Source: Amphiscolops sp. MND2022 (taxonomy: Eukaryota). Taken from it: DNA of 64,000 nt. How positions within the stretch are numbered: position 1 is the stretch's first letter; each line of letters starts with the position of its first letter. This document shows, piece after piece, positions 60,401-64,000 of the stretch. The position numbers and the translations under genes are program-made. The notes beneath the pieces are model-generated. The model searched no databases, had not been told where the DNA came from, and saw only the letters and a program-made list of their open reading frames with translations. The DNA is taken from assembly GCA_964187785.1 (NCBI GenBank), contig OZ076409.1, positions 84,818,001-84,882,000 of the forward strand, in the 5' to 3' direction.

Positions 60401-63400
60401 GAAACGTTTTTTCCGTTATACCTTATATCCGAAAATCGTTATATCCGGTTTGAGTTAAATCGGGCATGGTTTTGTGTCGTTATATCCGGTATACGTTGTA
60501 TCGGGTCTTCGTTATATCCGAATTGAGTTGAACGCAGTTTGCGAAAAAAACTGAAGGGGGTCTAAAATATCTTTATATTGCAACAGTGAAATTTTAATGC
60601 ACGGACGTTTCCTTCAGGATTTCATAAAATCATGAAAACTTAGCTTGGTAGCCTAAAACAAACTGTATCAAAATCAAGTAGTTCGAACCAGGGCGGCATA
60701 CGTTATATCGGGAATTCGTTATATCCTGTTTGCGGCATATCCGGCATGGGTTGTGTTTTTGTCGCAGTCGACTTGTTAGCACTTTTTACTGCTCAAATGT
60801 AGTATGAGGTTTGCCAAAAGGAACATTGCCAAAATGGAAGAAATGTTGAACAGTTCAGTTGTATCGGAAAAAAACTCTAACAAAAGGCGATGACTATAGT
60901 CGACTCCTTTCTTAAGAAAAGCGCTGAATAAAAACAGCGTGATCAAAGTCTGTCTCTGAATTCTAAACTGTCGTACTGAGTTGTAAAAAAGAGCCAAGTT
61001 TTTCTAGTCTTTGACTTTTATGCATTTTGTGGAATTTCTGAATTTTTCTTGGAAATGAAAGTCTACAAAATTCAACGACAAGACATTTTGATTTCAGCAC
61101 GCTTTCTTAGAAGGCAATCTGAAGTTGGTTTGAAAAAATCCCGAAATGCCCCAATAACGCAAAAAAAAATGTTTTTGAAGCCTTTTGGTATTTTCCTTAG
61201 AAAAAAAGCCGAATTAAACATTTAAAAAACGGAAAAACGTTGAACCAAAACATGTTCGAGACTTCTTGTGAAGGCTTGACTAGAAATTGTTCTATACTAA
61301 CTAAATCCTTGAGTTTGCCGTTTTTTTCTGACGTCTTGAGAATTAACGGATTAGGTTATCATGTTTTTCAAGTTATTTTGATTTCGAAAAAGTCTCACAA
61401 AGCCAAAACAAGGCCCAAAAATGTACCCGGGGACGTTGTTTTAGTATCACTTGTTGAATAAAGATTTTTCATGAGTGCAATAAAAATTTTAGAGCTGAAA
61501 ACCTGACCCCAAAGCCTTACAATGGACGCAAAATTTGTGAAGTTTTGAGAAAAAAACAATAACGTTATACGAGAAATGAAAACCTGAAGTCGGAACTTTG
61601 AAAACGTTTCATCTGAGCTTTGAAAACGTTGTTTCCGAAGTAAAAAACGTGTTAGATGTTATGCATGTTCTAAGTTGTCTGCAAAAAGTGTCATGAACAA
61701 AATTGATAGAAATTGATAAAACATGTCAATTTAAAAAAAAAAACGTTTTTTCCGGTATACCTTATATCCGAAAATCGTTAAATCCGGTTTGAGTTAAATC
61801 GGGCATGGTTTTGTGTGGTTATATCCGGTATACGTTGTATGGGGTCTTCGTTATATCCGGTTTGAGTTGAACCCAGTTTGCGAAAAAAAAATAAAGGGGG
61901 CCTAAAACATCTTTATATTGCATCAGTGAAGTTTTAATGCACGGATGTTTCCTTCAGGATTTCATAAAATCATGAAAACTTAGCTTGGTAGCCTAAAACA
62001 AACTGTATCAAAATCAGGAAGTTCGAACCAGGGTGGCATACGTTATATCGGGAATTCGTTATATCCTGTTTGCGGCATATCCGGCATGGGTTGTGTTTTT
62101 GTCGCAGTCGACTTGTTAGATTTTTTACTGCTCAAATGTAGTATGAGGTTTGCCAAAAGGAACATTGCCAAAATGGAAGAAATGTTGAACAGTTCAGTTG
62201 TATAGGAAAAAAACTCTAACAAAAGGCGATGACTATAGTCGACTCCTTTCTTAAGAAAAGCGCTGAATAAAAACAGCGTGATCAAAGTCTGTCTCTGAAT
62301 TCTAAACTGTCGTACTGAGTTGTAAAAAAGAGCCAAGTTTTTCTAGTCTTTGACTTTTATGCATTTTGTGGAATTTCTGAATTTTTCTTGGAAATGAAAG
62401 TCTACAAAATTCAACGACAAGACATTTTGATTTCAGCACGCTTTCTTAGAAGGCAATCTGAAGTTGGTTTGAAAAAATCCCGAAATGCCCCAATAACGCA
62501 AAAAAAATGTTTTTGAAGCCTTTTGGTATTTTCCTTAGAAAAAAAGCCGAATTAAACATTTAAAAAACGGAAAAACGTTGAACCAAAACATGTTCGAGAC
62601 TTCTTGTGAAGGCTTGACTAGAAATTGTTCTATACTAACTAAATCCTTGAGTTTGCCGTTTTTTTCTGACGTCTTGAGAATTAACGGATTAGGTTATCAT
62701 GTTTTTCAAGTTATTTTGATTTCGAAAAAGTCTCACAAAGCCAAAACAAGGCCCAAAAATGTACCCGGGGACGTTGTTTTAGTATCACTTGTTGAATAAA
62801 GATTTTTCATGAGTGCAATAAAAATTTTAGAGCTGAAAACCTGACCCCAAAGCCTTACAATGGACGCAAAATTTGTGAAGTTTTGAGAAAAAAACAATAA
62901 CGTTATACGAGAAATGAAAACCTGAAGTCGGAACTTTGAAAACGTTTCATCTGAGCTTTGAAAACGTTGTTTCCGAAGTAAAAAACGTGTTAGATGTTAT
63001 GCATGTTCTAAGTTGTCTGCAAAAAGTGTCATGAACAAAATTGATAGAAATTGATAAAACATGTCAATTTAAAAAAAAAAACGTTTTTTCCGGTATACCT
63101 TATATCCGAAAATCGTTAAATCCGGTTTGAGTTAAATCGGGCATGGTTTTGTGTGGTTATATCCGGTATACGTTGTATGGGGTCTTCGTTATATCCGGTT
63201 TGAGTTGAACCCAGTTTGCGAAAAAAAAATAAAGGGGGCCTAAAACATCTTTATATTGCATCAGTGAAGTTTTAATGCACGGATGTTTCCTTCAGGATTT
63301 CATAAAATCATGAAAACTTAGCTTGGTAGCCTAAAACAAACTGTATCAAAATCAGGAAGTTCGAACCAGGGTGGCATACGTTATATCGGGAATTCGTTAT

Positions 63401-64000
63401 ATCCTGTTTGCGGCATATCCGGCATGGGTTGTGTTTTTGTCGCAGTCGACTTGTTAGATTTTTTACTGCTCAAATGTAGTATGAGGTTTGCCAAAAGGAA
63501 CATTGCCAAAATGGAAGAAATGTTGAACAGTTCAGCTGTATCGGAAAAAAAACTCTAACAAAAGGCGATGACTATAGTCGACTCTTTTCTTAAGAAAAGC
63601 GCCGATTAAAAACAGCGTGATCAAAGTCTGTCTCTGAATTCTAAACTGTCGTACTGAGTTGTGAAAAAGAGCCAAGTTTTTCTATTCTTTGACTTTTAAG
63701 CATTTTATGGAATTTCTGAATTTTTCGTGGAAATGAAAATCTACAAAATTCAACGACAAGACATTTTGATTTCAGCACGCTTTCTTAGAAGGCAATCTGA
63801 AGTTGGTTTGAAAAAATCCCGAAATGCCCCAATAACGCAAAAAAAATGTTTTTGAAGCCTTTTGGTATTTTCCTTAGAAAAAAAGCCGAATTAAACATTT
63901 AAAAAACGGAAAAACGTTGAACCAAAACATGTTCGAGACTTCGTGCGAAGGCTTGACTAGAAATTGTTCTATACTAACTAAATCCTTGAGTTTGCCGTTT
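48425..64000. repeat. Tandem satellite array: ~1.02-kb monomers at the left edge, then ~1.31-1.34-kb monomers; runs off the window
   Basis: Marker agtctca(c)aaagcc recurs at ~48430, 49460, 50482, 53456, 54788, 56098, 57418, 58753, 60071, 61391 and 62729. Confidence 0.95.
51913..52335 (+). mobile_element. Truncated LTR fragment related to element B LTRs, embedded in the satellite
   Basis: Starts tgtcacagtccgcgtccggactg (B LTR: tgtcacagtccgctcccggactg) and contains aatactcgtcagcatttcgtcaaactagtca (B: aatactcgtcagcattgcgtcaaactagtca). Confidence 0.75.

Noticed and set aside
49308..62799. Recurrent 60-97 aa ORFs in the satellite (MALFYNSVRQ..., MNQNMFETSC...)
   Set aside because: They recur only because the monomer is repeated; mostly non-ATG starts, frames broken between copies, no domains.
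48425..64000. CRISPR-like or rDNA/5S interpretation of the array
   Set aside because: Whole monomers repeat without unique spacers; no cas genes or recognisable rRNA/tRNA sequence; eukaryotic context.

Overview
AT-rich, repeat-dominated eukaryotic DNA (spliceosomal introns, LTR and LINE elements) with no recognisable host gene. Element A (1524-18041, minus strand) is a young, apparently intact 16.5-kb Ty3/gypsy LTR retrotransposon with 2345-bp LTRs and TSD ATTTC. Element B (30102-46317, plus strand) is a diverged, decaying relative with the same layout, nested in the gag of a short-LTR gypsy element C (24500-46707, TSD GTCGG). A and B share an unusual architecture. (i) gag starts ~130 codons inside the LTR and reads through the PBS. 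(ii) A -1 frameshift signal joins gag and pol. (iii) A ~1000-aa, multi-intron gene lies antisense behind pol and looks like a catalytically degenerate hAT-transposase derivative. (iv) A divergently oriented acidic/RG-rich ORF X runs into the 3' LTR. Element A appears to be inserted into a third, older relative (D), whose pol remnant and antisense-gene remnant flank it. The window also holds a decayed LINE RT (~21-22.5 kb) and, from ~48.4 kb to the end, a ~1.33-kb tandem satellite with signs of 3-mer higher-order structure. All alignments and exon models were made by eye; no database searches were run.
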